This document shows, in pieces, positions 41,241 to 54,680 of a stretch of 64,000 nucleotides of DNA. The translations under genes were made by a program, and so were the position numbers. Origin of the DNA: Octopus vulgaris (lineage: Eukaryota); NCBI GenBank assembly GCA_951406725.2, contig OX597827.1, positions 62,062,001 through 62,126,000 on the forward strand. Direction: 5' to 3'. Numbering within the stretch: position 1 is the first letter of the stretch; each line of letters starts with the position of its first letter. The notes under the pieces are model-generated. The model was not told the DNA's origin, did no database searches, and saw only the letters and a list, made by a program, of their open reading frames with translations.

Positions 41241-41527
41241 TTTTTTTTTGCTGATTAAGGTGTGTCACCTGTTGAAGCTCGAGAGGTGTGAGGCATTCGG
41301 CGGTGTTTTGCGTTACGCCATAGACAAATAATACAGTTATGTCAAATGCCATACGACATAAGTTCTTGATTAATTAAAATTGTCTCCGCCTCTAGAGAAC
41401 GTATCATGTCGTAATTACCAAATGGTAATTAAGGAGAGCTCCTCTCGAGAAGGGGAAATAACTTTAAGATTCAAGCGGTCCCCAAAGTTGACATGTCATT
41501 TAGGAAAAGCATTGGCTAATTGTTCTT

Positions 41528-41739
41528 TTTACTCTTTTACTCTTTTACTTGTTTCATGTCATTTAACTGCGGCCATGCTGGAGCACCGCCTTTAGTCGAG
41601 CAATTCGACCTCTGAACTTATTTTTTGTAAGCCTAGTACTTATTCTATTGGTTTCTTTTGCCGAACCGCTAAGTTACGGGAACGTAAATACACCACCATC
41701 GGTTGTCAAACGATGTTAGGGAGACAAAAAACAGGCACA

Positions 41740-41785
<46 letters not shown>

Positions 41786-41835
41786 TATATATATATATGC
41801 ATATATACGATGGGCTTCTTTCAGTTTTCGTCTAG
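41528..41835 (-). mobile_element. SINE family S3, 5'-truncated
   Basis: S3 tail and (CA/TA) interior. Confidence 0.8.
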
Positions 41836-42844
41836 AAGGTAACTCCGTCTTTTTATTTAAGGAACTTATACGAAACAATAGAAAAAAAATTATGGCTTAG
41901 GGAATCTAAATAATTTAAACAAGAAAATTGTCAGATGCAGCATGCAAACAATCATATAACGTGTCTTATTCCCCTCTTCTGTTTTAGTTTGACATGCACA
42001 TTGCGTGTTCATACTTCTCTTTCCGGTCCCTATTCAAAGTTGTTTATATATCACAACCATCTCACGAACATGCGTTCGTGAGGTGCGCTTCGTGTTTGTA
42101 TGGTTGTGAGAAAAAAAAGAAAAGCTAAGAGAAATAACTGAGAATGGCCAATGGCATGTACATGAACAGCATAGACAAATACAGGTGTATTAAATACCAT
42201 ACAACATAAGTTCATCTTATTAAAATTATCCCCGTCATTTGAAAGATGAGTCTTAATTACCAAATGGCTATTAAGATCAGCTTCACTTGAGAAGGAGATA
42301 ATATCAAGAATCAAAATTTCTCCAAAATTGATGTTCTATTAAAGAAAAGGATAGTCTGGAGGTAAGAGGACGATTGTGAAAAAGTGTTTCTGCCTCAATA
42401 GCTGTTATCAGGACGACAGTTGTACAACCTTATTTCCAGTAACCAAAAAACTTAAAATTTTTACTAATAAAGTAGAAAGCTAAGTAATTTGCATAATTTA
42501 AACAAACATATGCGAAGAGAAATAACTGAGAGTATCCAGTGGCATGTATTTGGGCGTTTAAGGTATTTCTATGCCTGCAGAACCTCTAACGGAAAACCTT
42601 ATCTAAAACGCCATTCGTTCTCTGGACACCATGAAAAAAACCCACTCGAAACACCAACAAATACATCAAAAGCAATGATATCTCTATATCGCAAACCCCT
42701 TAAATGCAACATCAATACACTGAAACAGTTGCCTATGTATATGATCAGCACTTACCTATATCAACTGCACATGAAACTTCCAAATTTACAACACTCTCCT
42801 TGCATTTTCACTATTATTTTCAGCGTGTGTTTATGCGTTTAGCT

Positions 42845-43043
42845 CAGTTGTTCTCGACCGCAACTTCCAGGGCCGAATGCGACCATCAAGCATCTTTCCT
42901 GTGGCCCCTGGTAGTCTTTTCTCTATAGATATAATAAATTTTCCTTTAATTGACTTGTGTTTTACTTTTGTTTTGGGGCGGCCCCCTTAAAAATATCCAA
43001 GTTTTGGATCTGGCACGGATATTAAAAAGGTTGAGAGTCACTG
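42845..43043. mobile_element. hAT (Charlie-like) MITE
   Basis: TIRs CAGTTGTTCTCGACC / GGTTGAGAGTCACTG; degenerate 8-bp flanks GTTTAGCT / GTTTGGAA. Confidence 0.7.
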
Positions 43044-43145
43044 GTTTGGAAGCTTGTACCGGGAACCCGCCCTTGGAAAACTCTCTATATACAAGGTGGT
43101 ATCAAAAGGTTCCGAGACTAGTTAAGTTTAATAAAAAATAAGTTA

Positions 43146-43520
43146 TTTACTCTTTTACTCTTTTACTTGTTTCAGTCATTTGATTGCGGCCATGCTGGAG
43201 CACCGCCTTTAGTCGAACAAATCGACCCCAGGACTTATTCTTTGTAAGCCTATTACTCATTCTATCGGTCACTTTTGCCGAACCGCTAAGCGATACTAGT
43301 GGGGAAAAACACAGACACACTAACATACACACACACACATATATACATATACATATATACGACGGGCTTCTTTCAGTTTCCGTCTACCAAATTCACTCAC
43401 AAGGCTTTGGTCGACCCGAGGCTATAGTAGAAGACACTTGCCCAAGGTGCCACGCAGTGGGACTGAACCCGGAACCATGTGGTTCGTAAACAGGCTACTT
43501 ACCACACAGCTACTCCTACG
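43146..43520 (-). mobile_element. SINE family S3
   Basis: Matches 10108-10562. Confidence 0.88.
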
Positions 43521-44644
43521 CTTTGTACATCTCTGAAAATTTCTTCATATCTCTTCGCTTTTTAAATCCTCCAAATGAGATTATTTCGAAATGTCATCAC
43601 CAAAAAAAAGTTCATTCTTCAAAACTAGAATGTTATAGTCATCCTTAGATCGTGAAATCCTTAGATCGCTTTGGAAAGTTCCTTGTCCTCTATATATGCT
43701 ATAGATATCTGGATTTTTACTTAACGCACTTTTTTATGTGTAAACGTTTTTGTGACCTATTTTCTAAAATTATGAAATGAAAAATGTTTATCCTGAAAGG
43801 AGGTCGAAATTTATGAAGCTCATTTCTCTCTACTTCAGTACTCAGTGTAGCTCACAGAAACATCTACATTTAAACTCATTTCTGTAAGCGAGGTAAAAAG
43901 AATATAGAATAAAAACAAAGAATAATAGTTTCGTATTGCTGAAGCTTTTCTTCTTGAAAAGGAAAAGATCATCCATAAGGCTGCTTGCTTTCTGATGATA
44001 AGACCAATAAATAAGTACAAAATAAACATTAAGGAATCAATCCAAATGCAAAACCACAACAACGGTAATAAAAAATGTATAACATGTAACAAAGAAACGA
44101 AACAAAATAAAATTAGATCGAACAATAATATTGGGGAAAAAAACCAATAGAGAAGCAATTCTTACAAAATGGATCTTCATAGTAATGGAATCTATCAAAC
44201 GAATGCCATTAAATTAAAAATCTTCTTGTAAAATACTAGAAAGAAAAAAAGAAAAAAAGTAAACGAAAAGAAAAAAAAAAACTAATAGCTTTTAAAGAAG
44301 AAACAGAGGGTAAAAAAAACTGATAACCTCGTATAAGCAGATATCAACAAGCAGATATCTACAATCATGATAAAACATGTGAAAATGGCGTCTGCTTAAA
44401 GGAACCACATGCATAGAGACGTTCATGTAAGCAGCTGTCAAAACATTTTTTTTTCTATTTTTCTCTTGTAATCATTAACATGTTGTCGTTGGGTCACCAT
44501 CGAAGGTACTTTGTTCTTGGAGTATTTTTCTTTTTAAGGCAAGTAAGCTTCGTGATCGGCTAAAGCCTTCTCGAGGCAACGCCCCAGGACAGCCGCTGTA
44601 CATTGATTGAAGAGAGTAAACGAAAAGTTCGAGAACAGAGGGTG

Positions 44645-44782
44645 TGTATGTACATACTTATGTATGTATGTGTGTATGTATGTATGTATGTATGTATGTA
44701 TGTATGTATGTATGTATGTATGTATGTATGTATATATGTATGTATGTATATATGTATGTATGTATATATGTATGTATGTATG

Positions 44783-44816
<34 letters not shown>

Positions 44817-44866
44817 TGTATGTATGTATGCATGCATGCATGCATGTATGTATGTATGTATGTATG

Positions 44867-44900
<34 letters not shown>

Positions 44901-44922
44901 TGTATGTATGCATGCATGTATG

Positions 44923-44956
<34 letters not shown>

Positions 44957-44958
44957 TG

Positions 44959-44994
<36 letters not shown>

Positions 44995-45108
44995 TGTATG
45001 TATATATGTATGTATGTATATATGTATGTATGTATGTATGTTTGTATGTATGTATGTATGTATGTATGTATATATGTATGTATGTATATATGTATGTATG
45101 TATGTATG

Positions 45109-45142
<34 letters not shown>

Positions 45143-45208
45143 TGTATGTATGTATGTATGCATGCATGTATGTATGAATGTATGTATATATGTATGTATG
45201 TATGTATG

Positions 45209-45242
<34 letters not shown>

Positions 45243-45335
45243 TGTATGTATGTATGCATGCATGCATGCATGCATGCATGTATGTATGTATGTATGTATG
45301 TATGTATGTATGTATGTATGTATGTATGTATACAT
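44645..45335. repeat. (TATG)n microsatellite, ~690 bp
   Basis: Direct inspection. Confidence 0.97.
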
Positions 45336-45610
45336 AAGTGTGCGTGAGTGTGTGTGTTTGTGTATGTATGCCATTATTCAGTTTTATTTCAAGGCTTCTC
45401 TCCAATAAAGAAAGAACTGCATTTTAACCTATTTCCAAGGCTCCTTCATTGGAATTTCAACATCAACAGCGTATTTTTGGATGAATGTATATTTAGGTAT
45501 TTGTGCATGTGTGTTTATATACATCAATGCATACATCTACGCGACTATATATATGGGTATATATATATAAATTACATATTATATAGCTCTTACTCATACA
45601 AACACACGCA

Positions 45611-45662
<52 letters not shown>

Positions 45663-45741
45663 CAGTCAAAGATATGAATTTCTATATGCGTGTGTATGCA
45701 TATATATGTATATCTATATATATATATATGTATATATATGC

Positions 45742-45777
<36 letters not shown>

Positions 45778-45814
45778 TCACACACATTCACATATGCATA
45801 TACACCCTTTTTCT

Positions 45815-46016
45815 TTTTTCTTTTACTTGTTTCAGTCATTTGACTGCGGCCATGTTGGAGCACCGCCTTTAGTCAAGCAAATCGGCCCCCAGGACTTATT
45901 CTTTGGGAGCCTAGTACATATTCTATCGGGCGCTTTTGCCGAACCGTTAAGTTACGGGGACGTAAACACACCAGCATTGGTTGTCAAGCGATGTTGGGGG
46001 GACAAACACAGGTACA

Positions 46017-46076
<60 letters not shown>

Positions 46077-46243
46077 CATATATACGACGGAATTCTTTCA
46101 GTTTCCGTTTACCAAATCCACTCACAAGGCTTTTGTCAGGCCGAGGTTATAGTAGAAGACACTTGCTCAAGATGCCACGCAGTAGGAAATAACCCTGAAC
46201 CATGTGGTTGGTAAGCAAGATACTTACCACATAGCCACTCCTG
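45815..46243 (-). mobile_element. SINE family S3
   Basis: Matches 10108-10562. Confidence 0.88.
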
Positions 46244-46536
46244 TGGAGACTTGTTTGTTTTATGTATGTATTCTCATGCATATAGTTGCATGTTTAGGCA
46301 TGCGCATATATATATATAAATATATATATATTTATACATATATACATGAACACAAATGTATGTCATACACATAGTCATCTATATTCTTTCTATTACGCCC
46401 CCACACATGTATATGTCGAGGGCTTATATTGCCCAGTATTAGACTATTTTCTTTAGTCATTGCGCGTTGATCGCTAGAAGCTTTAAGCTTATAAAATATT
46501 ATTCTATATACATACATACATACATACATACATACA

Positions 46537-46595
<59 letters not shown>

Positions 46596-46668
46596 AAATA
46601 GATGTGTGTATTTTTCCCTTGTTACTATACATATCCATCATATTCTGTTTATTGAGTTTCATTTCTTC

Positions 46669-46757
46669 ACTTCCCTGAAGAGAAGGTTACATTGTTTTTC
46701 ACTATTTTATTCCTTTGGAATATTACCAGTGATATCTTCGAAACATGTGTCGGAAGT
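46669..46757 (+). ncRNA. Canonical type I hammerhead ribozyme with extended helix II
   Basis: ACUUCC-CUGAAGA-GAAG...CUUC-GAAAC-AUGU-GUC-GGAAGU: intact core, 6-bp helix I, GUC site at 46749-46751. Confidence 0.9.
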
Positions 46758-46873
46758 AAAAGTATTTGAATAACACCTGCGTTCAACTCCATTTATATAT
46801 ACTAATACTAATACATTTGTTTGTTTGTACTCCACCTGCCTTTGTCTTTTGTTTATTTTCGTAAACCTCCCCG

Positions 46874-46914
<41 letters not shown>

Positions 46915-46942
46915 AAAAAAGCAACAAGAATGGATCAATATA

Positions 46943-47027
46943 TCGGTACAATTGTTTCGTACGAGGACATCTTTAATAAAGCTACAAAAATTGCAGTAAA
47001 TATAGGTGGCTCGTACTCATCAGCCGA
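46943..47027 (-). ncRNA. Canonical type I hammerhead ribozyme
   Basis: Minus strand UCGG-CUGAUGA-GUACGAG...CUCGUAC-GAAAC-AAUU-GUA-CCGA: intact core, 7-bp helix II, palindromic ACAAUUGU; distal helix I GGAU/AUCC. Confidence 0.92.
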
Positions 47028-47235
47028 AAAAACATCCGAGATTCCCAAACATCAAAGGAGGTAATGTTACACTCGTGAAACATCATGGAAAATTCTATAA
47101 AAATGCTTTTTTCCTATTTGTAATCACCCCACTTTGTCGTATGGTTAACACCATATAGATTTCCGGTGCATCCAAGTTAAGTACCACATTCATGTGAATT
47201 CATTAGAACTCACTTGAATCTCAATTGCTTAAACC

Positions 47236-47285
<50 letters not shown>

Positions 47286-47974
47286 CTAATTATGAGCGTT
47301 GTACTCTGTTGTGTACAGAAGTGACTTATTGCTGAATATGTCTACCTCCGACAAATTAACTGCATACTGAGTTCTTTGAGGTAGCTTTCCTTCATAATAC
47401 AATTTCTGCAAGTTGGATATAAAATTCTTCTTTTCGGTACATTTGTTCATTCCGGGAAGTTTTATAATTCAACGCCATGCGGCAAATAGCCTTATGCAGA
47501 GGCTGACAAGCAGATTCTGTTTTGTCACAGTGCCTGATGAGAGAGATAATGTTTTCGAAGCCGAGAATTATATAACGGGAAACTGCCCACGGGATCAATG
47601 AATCACCTGTCTGTCAACTGACCGAAGAATCAGCAATTCACATGATACAACCGTTATTGTGCAGTGTCCATGGTCAACATGCTTAATTTTGTCTCCGTTC
47701 TGTATCTTCGCTTCTCTATCTCTCATAGACACACATACACACACATACACACGTACACACACATACATGCACACGTATACGCACACACACATATATATCT
47801 ATATATACACACACTCACACGCGCATACGCAGAATATCCGACTCCTTTTCATATTTTACACGATGGAGGGTGAAGCTTTTTGTATACTAATGTCTCAATA
47901 TATATTTGAACAACTATTATTGAGTCGTGTTTGCAAGCTCTTCCTTCTCATACATACACAGATATATACATACG

Positions 47975-48151
47975 ATAGATCGTTAGCCACTACACACATG
48001 TTTTTCTCTCCTTGTTTTTTCTGTGTCCCTTTCTGCAGAAGAGCGTAGGCTCGAAACGTAAAAGACTTTTTCTATTCCTGAGCGTTATACTAATACATCT
48101 GTTTGTTTTGTACACCACCTGTCTTTGTCTTTTGCTTTTTTCGTAAACGCT

Positions 48152-48155
<4 letters not shown>
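47975..48155 (+). mobile_element. Repeat family H2 with minimal HHR, A6C (48029-48064)
   Basis: CUUU-CUGCAGA-A-GAGC(GUAG)GCUC-GAAAC-GUA-AAAG; ends in (TA)n. Confidence 0.8.
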
Positions 48156-48199
<44 letters not shown>

Positions 48200-49144
48200 T
48201 CGTTTGAATGCGGCCATGCTGGGGCACCACATTCAAGGGTTTTAGCCGAGCAAATCGACCCCAAGACTTATTTATTATTTGAACCTGATACTTATTCTAT
48301 CGGTCTCTCTTTGCCGAACCGATGGGATTTTGTTCCACCAGGGTTTGCAGAATGCCTCCGTCGAATTCTACAGATCTTCCAGGATGAGGCTTGTCTTCTA
48401 GTCTGCAGTTTTCGGCTCGGAATTTCAGGAAGGACTGCTGACACTGGTTTACGCTTATTGTCTGATCCCCCCGTATACCGCATTAATATTCCTCGCACTT
48501 TCCCTTGCGTTGTTGCCTTTATTGAGTTTATAAAGCAAAATATGCCGAATATCCTCCTTTGTCACTTTCGTTATAGCTTTGAAAAACCAACCGTTAAAAT
48601 CAAACTCCACTCTTCAAAACTTGCACTAAGAATAAGTACAAGGTAAACTTATTACCTGCTTTTATAGCAAGTTGGTGCAGGTAGTTTATCTCGTACTCTT
48701 CCGACTTTTAGTTCATGCAATTGAAAAACCGCATTATTTATGGGATGACCCTATATATATATATATGCATATATATGTGTTTGCATATATGTAAAGATAT
48801 ATATATATATATATGCATATATATGTGTTTGCATATATGTAAAGATATATATATATATATATATAATATATATATGTATATATAAATATATAAATAAATA
48901 TATATTTAACATATATATGCTCACACACGACCAGCATTAAACTTCTCACTCATACTATTATCGAACCGAAAGTCTAAATACGGTCCTTCCGTAGCACTTA
49001 CATAGCCTTTCCAGCCAGCTTGGGTCTTCTGGATACCAAAACCTCTTATATATATACATACATATACATATATATGTATATATATATATGTGTGTGTGTG
49101 TACTTACATATAAGAGACCAAAGTGTACATACGCCCATTATGTA

Positions 49145-49539
49145 TAAAGAAAGCAATACAAAAAATGGGACAAGAGCATAAAACATCCAGACAGATGATA
49201 CAAAAAAGGGACAAGAAAAACACGGATGGGTCATTCGAAGTTTTCTTTCCTCAGTCGAGTTCTAGATTATCTTTGCAATTTCGGCTGGTTATACTCGAGA
49301 TTCGTCACATTCGCTGCTTTCTTCCAAGGAATCAAATGCTCTTAGCTTAGTTTTTCTTTGGGGCTGGTCAGATTGGAGCAATCTCGAATATAACCAGCCG
49401 AAACTTCAAAGATAATCTGGAACTCGACCGAGGAAAGAAAACTTCGTGTTTTTTCGTGTCTGGATGTTTTGTCGTCCTTTTTTTGTATCATCTATCTGTC
49501 TGGATGTTTGGCGTTCTTGTCCCATTTTTTGTATTCCTT

Positions 49540-49545
<6 letters not shown>
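49145..49545. mobile_element. Nested foldback element (outer and inner inverted arms)
   Basis: Outer arms ~49155-49215 vs ~49470-49535; inner 67-bp arms 49236-49302 vs 49380-49446; TA-rich flanks. Confidence 0.85.
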
Positions 49546-49578
<33 letters not shown>

Positions 49579-49809
49579 ATATGTGTATATACATACATAC
49601 ATATATAACAATTGCAGTGTGGAAGTTGTTTATAAGCCATTTAAAAACACAAGCAACCGTTAGATTCACTTCAACATTTAAATTTAATTTGCGTCAAAAT
49701 ATTTTCGTCGCTTTGAAACCGCGATCTGTTCAGATCAAGTCACTTGCTATGCAAGTAAATCTCTGTAGTAGTAGTAATAATAATAATAAAGATAATAATG
49801 ATAATAATA

Positions 49810-49878
<69 letters not shown>

Positions 49879-50089
49879 GTTATATATATATATACGTATG
49901 TATGTATATATCCGTTTAATATTGGTTGCCTGTAAAAAGATTGCTCAGTACCATAGTTGAAATTAAAAATATTTTTTGATTTGGTCGAGTCAATCTCGAC
50001 TTGAACAAAAGTGACTTGAACAATATAACACGCACACACCACCACACACATAAACACTGACAAATGTACACACGTGCGTGCGCGCACAC

Positions 50090-50120
<31 letters not shown>

Positions 50121-50426
50121 CATACATACATGCATACGCACATACATATTATTAACCATATACAACGTTGGAAATTCAACGAAAATATGTTTTTCTTGCA
50201 AAGCGTTTACAAAAGAAATCGATGAAAAAAAATATTGAAAATAAATAATTTCTGATTTAGATTGTTGATCAAATAATAATACATAAAGAAACGTTATACA
50301 TGTTAAAACAGATTAAAATAAATTGATGAATGTCTTTCGTATGCATTTTTCGAAAACAATTTTATGTTCCTGATGGAACATGCATCTAAAAAAAAAAAGA
50401 AAAGAAAATGAAACACACATAGGCTC

Positions 50427-50795
50427 AGGAGTGGCTGTGTGGTAAGTAGCTTGCTAACCAACCACATGGTTCCGGGTTCAGTCCCACTGCGTGGCATCTT
50501 GGGCAAGTGTCTTCTGCTATAGCCCCGGGCCGACCAATGCCTTGTGAGTGGATTTGGTAGACGGAAACTGAAAGAAGCCTGTCGTATATATGTATATATA
50601 TATATATGTGTGTGTATGTGTGTGTTTTTGTCCCCCTAGCATTGCTTGACAACCGATGCGGGTGTGTTTACGTCCCCGTCACTTAGCGGTTCGGCAAAAG
50701 AGACCGATGGAATAAGTACTGGGCTTACAAAGAATAAGCGGTGCTCCAGCATGGCCGCAGTCAAATGACTGAAACAAGTAAAAGAGTAAAGAGAA
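50427..50795 (+). mobile_element. SINE family S3, near full length
   Basis: GGAGTGGCTGTGTGGTAAG A box, GGTTCAGTCCC B box, CTTGGGCAAGT core, tail ending AAGAGTAAAGAG. Confidence 0.9.
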
Positions 50796-50814
50796 TATTG
50801 GTCCAGCTAGCTCG

Positions 50815-51570
50815 GAGGAGGGTCTAAGTCAATTACACCGACACCAGTGTTCAACTGGTACCTATTTACCTATTTTATCTACCCTTAAAGGATGAAAGGC
50901 AAAGTCTACCTCAGCAGGATTTGAACTCAGAACGTAAGGACGGAGGAAGTACCTATTTCTTTGCTACCCACAAGGGGCTAAACACAGAAGGGACAAACAA
51001 GGACTGAAAACGGATTAAGTCGATTACATCGACCCCAGTGCATAACTGGTAGTTATTTAATCGACCCCGAAAGGATGAAAGGTAAAGTCGATCTCGGTAG
51101 AATTTGAGCTCGCCGCCTTCTATGCTCATAATTATTAAGATACATAACATTCCTGTGTTTTTAAGTGTCTATACTTCTTAGCTATTTTACCTATTATTAC
51201 ATTTTTGTTTCGTACCTGAAATTATTCAGTTTTATTGAGACCTTTGCTGAAATGGATTTTACACAAAATCAGTATTTTCGTTGTATTCTTGAGATCGTTT
51301 ATCTTTTACTTGTTTCAGTCAAGACCTCGACCGTGCTGGAGCACCGCTGTGAAGGATTTAGTAGATTTGTTCAACACACACACACACACATACACACACA
51401 CACACACACACGCACATACACGAATACACACGACGAACTTCCACACAGTTTCCGCCTACGAAATTCACTCACAAGGCATTGGCCGGACCAGGCTATAGAG
51501 GAAGCCCAAGTTACCGCGCCGTGGGGCGGTACCAGAAACCGCATGGTTGTAAATCAAGCTTCTTAACCAT
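50815..51570 (-). mobile_element. Cluster of inverted S2 and degenerate S3 SINE fragments
   Basis: Matches to both family consensus motifs. Confidence 0.7.
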
Positions 51571-51834
51571 CTGCAAATGTATTCTGAAATACAAAAACAA
51601 CATTGAAACAAGACATTCTTGACACACCAGTAATTCATCAATCGATCTTGCTGTCAAGTTCACATCATTTATGCAAATCGTCCTCAGCCATTAAATTAAG
51701 AACTTAGTAAAAATGGTCTTAAGAGCCGTTTATACGTGGGCAGCTAATGAAGGTGGCCAGTCATTAAATTAATTCCAGCACACCATTGAATCTAATCCAG
51801 CTGACTATTTTTTCTTTCGATGAAATTATTGTGT

Positions 51835-52055
51835 AGGCACGCGGCTTAGTGGTTAGTGTTTTAGACGCATGATCGTAAGATTGTTTCGGTTCCTAGACTG
51901 GGCGACGTGTTGTGTTCTTGAGCAAAACACTTCCGTTTCACATCGTTTCAGTTCGCTCAGCTGGCAAAAATGGATAATCCTGCGATGAAGTGGCGTCCCG
52001 TCCAGGTAGGGAATATATACGACATGGAAACCGGAAAACCGGCTCTTATGAATCT
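51835..52055 (+). mobile_element. Degenerate S1-related SINE
   Basis: tRNA-like head, TTGAGCAAAACACTT, TGGCGTCCCGTCCAGG, GGAAACCGG. Confidence 0.7.
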
Positions 52056-52349
52056 ACATGACTCTTATGAATATATGATTCCTAAGAGCCATATATGGCT
52101 CTTAGGAATCTATATAAGTCTTATGAATCTATATAGACTTATATCCGATATAAGTCTATATATATGACCTATATCGGATATATCCTTTATCCGATATAAG
52201 ATAAAAGATCTTTATTTTATATCTATGAAGTTATTGTAGATTAGGATAAAGTGCTTATATCTGTCTTTACATATGATGGGTTCCCTCATCGATCGACGGG
52301 TGTGGGTTCAACAAGGTGCAGCTGCGGAGTTTAGGACTATGGAAAACAA

Positions 52350-53475
52350 CCTATTTCTTTTCTACCCACAAGTGGCTAAACACAGAGAGCACAAACAAGG
52401 ACAGACAAACGGATTAAGTCGATTAAATCGACCCCAGTGCGTAAGTGGTACTTAATTTATCGACCCCGAAAGGATGAAAGGCAAAGTCGACCTTGGCGGA
52501 ATTTGAACTCAGAACGTAACGGCAGACGAAACACTGCTAAGCATTTTGCCCGGCGTGCTAACGTTTCTGCCAGTTCGCCGCCTTTGGAAAACAACCATCA
52601 ATCCATGACTGCTTGTGTGGAAGGTCAAAGTTGAAGGCTTACAATAGAATCCTTTACCTCCTCCCTCCGCAGTCTTCTCTTTTGCTGTTGCCACTGGTAA
52701 GGTAATAGAAAGGTAAACGTTACCTTCTGGAAACAGGCCAACTCATAAAGGTCGGTAACCCGGTTTCCATGGCGTATACATTCCCCTCCTGGACGGGACA
52801 CCGGCTCGTCACAAGAGTACTCATTATTGCCTGCTAGTGGACTGGAGCGACGTGAAATGAAGTGTTTCACTCAAGAACACAATGTGTCGCTCGGTCCTGG
52901 AATCGAAACGACAATCTTACAATCATGAGTTCAACACCCTAACTACTGTCGCCTCTGGACTTATGATGAAAGTGTGATGGTGTTGGTGCTGGTGTCTTGA
53001 CTTGCTGAACAACTTGCATGATTAATATTATTATTGTGAAAGGCGGTGAGCTGGCAGAAACGTTAGCACGCTGGGCGAAATGCTTAGCGGTATTTCGTCT
53101 GCCGTTACGTTCTGAGTTCAAATTCTGCCGAGGTCAACTTTGCCTTTCATCCTTTCGGGGTCGATAAATTAAGTACCAGTTACGCACTGGGATCGATGTA
53201 ATCGACTTAATCCGTTTGTCTGTCCTTGTTTGTCCCCTCTATGTTTAGCCCCTTGTGGGTAATAAAGAAATAGGTATTTCGTCTGTCTTAACGTTCTGTG
53301 TTTAGCCCCTTGTGGGTAGTAAAGAAATAGGTATTTCGTCTGTCGTTACGTTCTGAGTTCGAATTCTGCCGAGGTCGGTGTCGATAAATGAAGTACCATT
53401 TACATATTGGGGTCGATCTAATCGACTGGTCCCCTCCCCCAAAATATCGGGCTTTGTGCCTAGAGTAGAAAAGAA
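52350..53475. mobile_element. SINE cluster: S2 (-) 52350-52583, S1-related (-) 52735-52950, S2 (+) 53040-53475
   Basis: Matches to family motifs. Confidence 0.8.
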
Positions 53476-54238
53476 CATTATGATTGTGAGCATGGTTTGT
53501 GCAGGGCTTGTCCCACTCCTCTGGTTCTTCAAACTTGTATTAGTCTGGTACAATAAGTGCCACGGACCCAATAGTTATCAGGATGCAGGGTTTGTATGGA
53601 GTTATCTTCTATTTGAAGAGCAGCTAAACAGCTGATGGAGCTCATCTGCCTTGGGCCTGTTCAGATGTCTGTGAGAGACCTTTGTTTGGGGGTAGTTTCG
53701 TGACATACAAATGAACACATATATGGAACTCTGATGGATTCTACTACTCTAGGTTACAGTAGATATGGCAATAATAGTGGCTAAGAGGTGGTGCCATATT
53801 CCATCAAACTCTGGAACTTCTAGACCAGATCCCCAATAACGAACGTTGTTAAAAGCCATACCAGATCAAATTAAAGGCATACGCATACATTTAGTGATAG
53901 TTGAAATCTATAGATACATTTCGTTGCCCAATACAGCATTGAATAACAGAATTTTCAAGATTTCAGTAATTTATTAAACGAACAATCTGTCATGAACGCA
54001 GTACTTATGCAAATCGCTCTTACCTATTTAACTGAACCCTAAGTACTAACGCGTTTATAACCGTGAAGTGCTAAAGAGAAGGCACAGTCGCTAACGAAAT
54101 CCCAACACAGAGCTGAAAAATAATCGAATTTATGTTGCATTTTCTGTTTTCTGTCAGTGAAGGAAGACTTTGTATATAATATCAATGTATTTAAATCATT
54201 CTGTTGCTACAGTGCTGGCTAAAAAAATACACACATAA

Positions 54239-54272
<34 letters not shown>

Positions 54273-54286
54273 CATACATACATACA

Positions 54287-54318
<32 letters not shown>

Positions 54319-54340
54319 AATATATATATATTTATAACTA

Positions 54341-54479
<139 letters not shown>

Positions 54480-54641
54480 GTATATATACATATATACATG
54501 TATATATATGTATATATACATAGGTGAATATGTACATATATATGCGTCGATATATATGTATCTATATTTATATATACTTAGATGGATATGTACATATGTG
54601 TGTGTGTATATAAGTATATATACATATATATATATATATAA

Positions 54642-54680
<39 letters not shown>

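Noticed and set aside
43090-43125. Mariner-like TIR (TACAAGGTGGTATCAAAAGGTTCC)
   Set aside because: Only one end found and no transposase sequence.
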